Part shown: piece by piece, positions 61,241-64,000 of the stretch
How positions within the stretch are numbered: the first letter of the stretch is position 1
Layout: every line of letters begins with the position of its first letter
Origin: Pocillopora damicornis
Lineage: Eukaryota
Direction: 5' to 3'
Length of the DNA: 64,000 nt
NCBI RefSeq assembly: GCF_003704095.1
Contig: NW_020843606.1
Span: 186,001 to 250,000 of the forward strand
The notes under the pieces: generated by a model
Told to the model about the DNA's origin: nothing
The model's database searches: none
Seen by the model: the letters and a program-made list of their open reading frames with translations, nothing else
Made by a program: the position numbers and the translations under genes

Positions 61241-64000
61241 GTAAGTGTAAAAATTTTCATTCAAAAGCACTCCGCGATATTTAGGACGGCTTCTGCAAGC
61301 CTGAGCAATACTGGCGCCGAAGAGAGCTTGCAAGTGACCGATGCGTGTTCTCGCCTCTCTTTCGCTCGGGTTTGGAAATCGAAATGCGGTGTTTCAATGC
61401 GCAGATCATGTGTTCTACAATGTTCCAAACAAAGTCCGGACATGATTGATCAAAGTACAAAAAATACCAAGAGTAATGACAATAGTACAATAGTCCCATA
61501 TCGTAAACAAGTAACTGGAGGACGACTTTGATTCTTGTTTTGGCTTATTTTTAAGACCGTTTTTCGTCGATCAACCGATTCAATGCTTGTTCTCACTGTA
61601 AAAAGACAGATTGAAAATATTTTCATCGGGGATTCCCCCAGGATGTAACAAGTTTTTTCTCAAGGTCGTTCCATAATGGTTGCGATCGTACGACCCGGCG
61701 ACTTTGTTTTCCATTTGGAAGCAATATTTAGAACATCCGTTCTAAATACAAATCGATGAAAACTATATTTATCCATACAACGTTATTCAAGTACTGCACG
61801 AAATTGTTTTGAAAGGTGATTTTGTGGTGAAGAAGCTGTCTGCTTTCCTAAGATCCGTTTTCGATTAAAAAAAAACCATCTTTCAATGACATTCCTTTAC
61901 ACAATACTAAACCGCAAGAATACGTCCCAGCAAGACCATTAAACTATCAGGTTTAAAACCTTTAAAGGTCATTCTAGAACACAAGATCGTACATTGGGTA
62001 TCGAATACATCACATGGATGATTTATTCGCATTTTTTAAAATATTCTGATGTGGAAGAAAGAGGAGCTTTCGTTTAAAATATACTGACTTAGTGAAGGAA
62101 TATTTTGACTTCTATTGTAATGCAAATACGGAGATCAGGTGAGGTTCTCTATTGTTCATTGTTGTACCAGTTCAAAACAAAGACCTCTTTCATAGCAAGA
62201 AAGAACTCCGGAAAATGTCAATTTTCAACCGATTTCTCTCAAAACATACAACTCTGTCGGGGGCTCAACTTAAAAACAAACGAGGGAAAGAAAGGAAGTC
62301 GAAGCTGGCCGATTTTCTTACGATAAAATCGATTGTTTTCAAAGTACGATTGCGGTTTGACAGACATGTTTACGTACTAGAAAACAAGTACCTTATTGGT
62401 ACACGGAATTTTGATATCGATTGAAATCATAGATTTTTAAATCAGTATTTAATGTAGTTTATAATTTGTCCTCCAATTTAACAAAATTTTCAGCTAGTCT
62501 AGGAATGTACCGTTTACGCGCGGGTCAATTCTCAATGTGTGGGTTATCGAGACTCTAAGCCGTTATTTTACTGAAGTTAAAAAAAATTGTAATATCAAAA
62601 AAGCGTTTGCTATCGCCAATATCAGATAATTCGAATTTAATCCAAATATATTGATGTTTGGCAACGGTAGGTTTAAATATCGATTTCCTGAATCCTAAAT
62701 CCACTACTGACAGTGAACGATTGTTATATTTTTATTTCATTGGTTGGAATTTCAGGTCATTTCTAAATATATAGTTAGCCTATATTTAGTCGAAGATGTG
62801 TAGTTTCTGAATGATTAGGCTGCTAATTTGGAATGGAGAGCCCGAGCGGTAGAGGGGCACTTTTCTCGGTACTTAGATAATACTTACATGTTGCAACGGT
62901 TTCGTTACGAAAAAAGGATTGTCAAGAAAAATAGTCTCTTAAAACTTACCCCCTAAACCAAATAAGATGACTTATTATTAAATGAAATATGACTTTATCG
63001 TATATCTTGACTTACAGTTTATAAATATCAACTCCATTAGCGTTTTACTCAAATCTAGAGAAAGAACCAGTTCGTTTTGTCCATTCGCGAAGGTTTATAA
63101 TGTCCTTATGTACATTGCTACGGAACTCCGACCAAGATAATATTAACTCATTTATTGAAGAAAACACATGAGAAAGCTCTGATCTAAACCCCATCGCCAG
63201 GTTCTATGGTCTAAAGAAGGTGTTTAGAGATAACCCAAATGATGCATCTCTTCCACTTTTGGACTCTTGCAACCTCTCCTCAGTGAAACTTAGCCAAAGG
63301 GTTGTACATAAATCCAATTTTCTTATCTTTTCTTCGCCCTTTGCTTGACAATTTACGAATGACATAGGCGCTGCGCTCTAAAATATATACAAACACCACA
63401 ATAATAGTAGATGAGTGTAATATTTATTAAACATCCGTTTTCTAAGGATCAAATCGCCTCTATTAGGCTACACAACGGAAACAAATTTACAGCATTCACT
63501 GCATTCAAGCGGGATACTTAAGCTGCAATGATAACCTTTGTGAAGTCGCTCTTAAATTTAGTGGAATCTAGCTGTGATTCTTTGCTACAAAGCTCTTTGT
63601 CTTTCTTGACAAACTTTTGTGAAGACCTGAGTTGGATTCGGTCAACATGACGCCAAATCCAGCGTATGTTTACAAATCGAATTGACATCTTTGCATATAT
63701 TACAGACTAGTGGTAACTGAAAATTTTGTTAGAAGTATACAATTTAATATGATTTAATCCAGAGCTTTTTTTTCTGGTTTATAATTCTGTTAGCGCCTCA
63801 AGACACTGAAACACTTAATTATTTTGTTTTTTTTTGGTTTTTTTTTACTAATTCGCGTGCAATAAGTTCACTTTTTTATATATGTGAAAAATTGTTTTTA
63901 TTTTGGTACCTCTCACTTTCTATTTTTGCTGTTTTTCGAGGGCCCTCAAGAAAATTTCTCACAGGAATAAGTCCACTTTCTCTCCAATATAATTGAGACA

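Noticed and set aside
1-64000. CRISPR arrays, rRNA/tRNA genes or prokaryotic operons
   Set aside because: None seen; the sequence is intron-containing animal DNA.

Overview
Eukaryotic (metazoan) genomic DNA from a gapped draft scaffold. It is AT-rich, has spliceosomal introns, and its repeat families suggest a stony coral or other cnidarian (inference). From left to right: (1) an 8-exon type I membrane protein gene with one discoidin (F5/8C) domain and a PPxY tail (2432-7297,+); (2) a ~29-kb array (7.9-36.6 kb) of about 17 intronless TMEM121/CECR6-like multipass membrane genes in six sequence subfamilies (5 intact, 3 cut by gaps, about 9 pseudogenes), arranged as head-to-head cassettes and inverted duplications and interleaved with a decayed TRIM/filamin-NHL gene; (3) an intronless intracellular serpin with a Met-Ser reactive bond (37341-38495); (4) a ~27-exon XPC/Rad4 gene (40044-52426) with a GC-AG intron and a C-terminal HxH...CxC motif; (5) a CENP-K gene whose exons lie on opposite strands across scaffold gaps, indicating a misoriented contig; and (6) a bidirectional promoter with the first exon of a further gene. 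The best candidate for a new system is the TMEM121-like array. It shows birth-and-death evolution, and its promoters repeatedly carry STAT (GAS) and NF-kB motifs, which suggests an immune- or stress-inducible membrane protein family. All calls were made by eye; no database searches were run.
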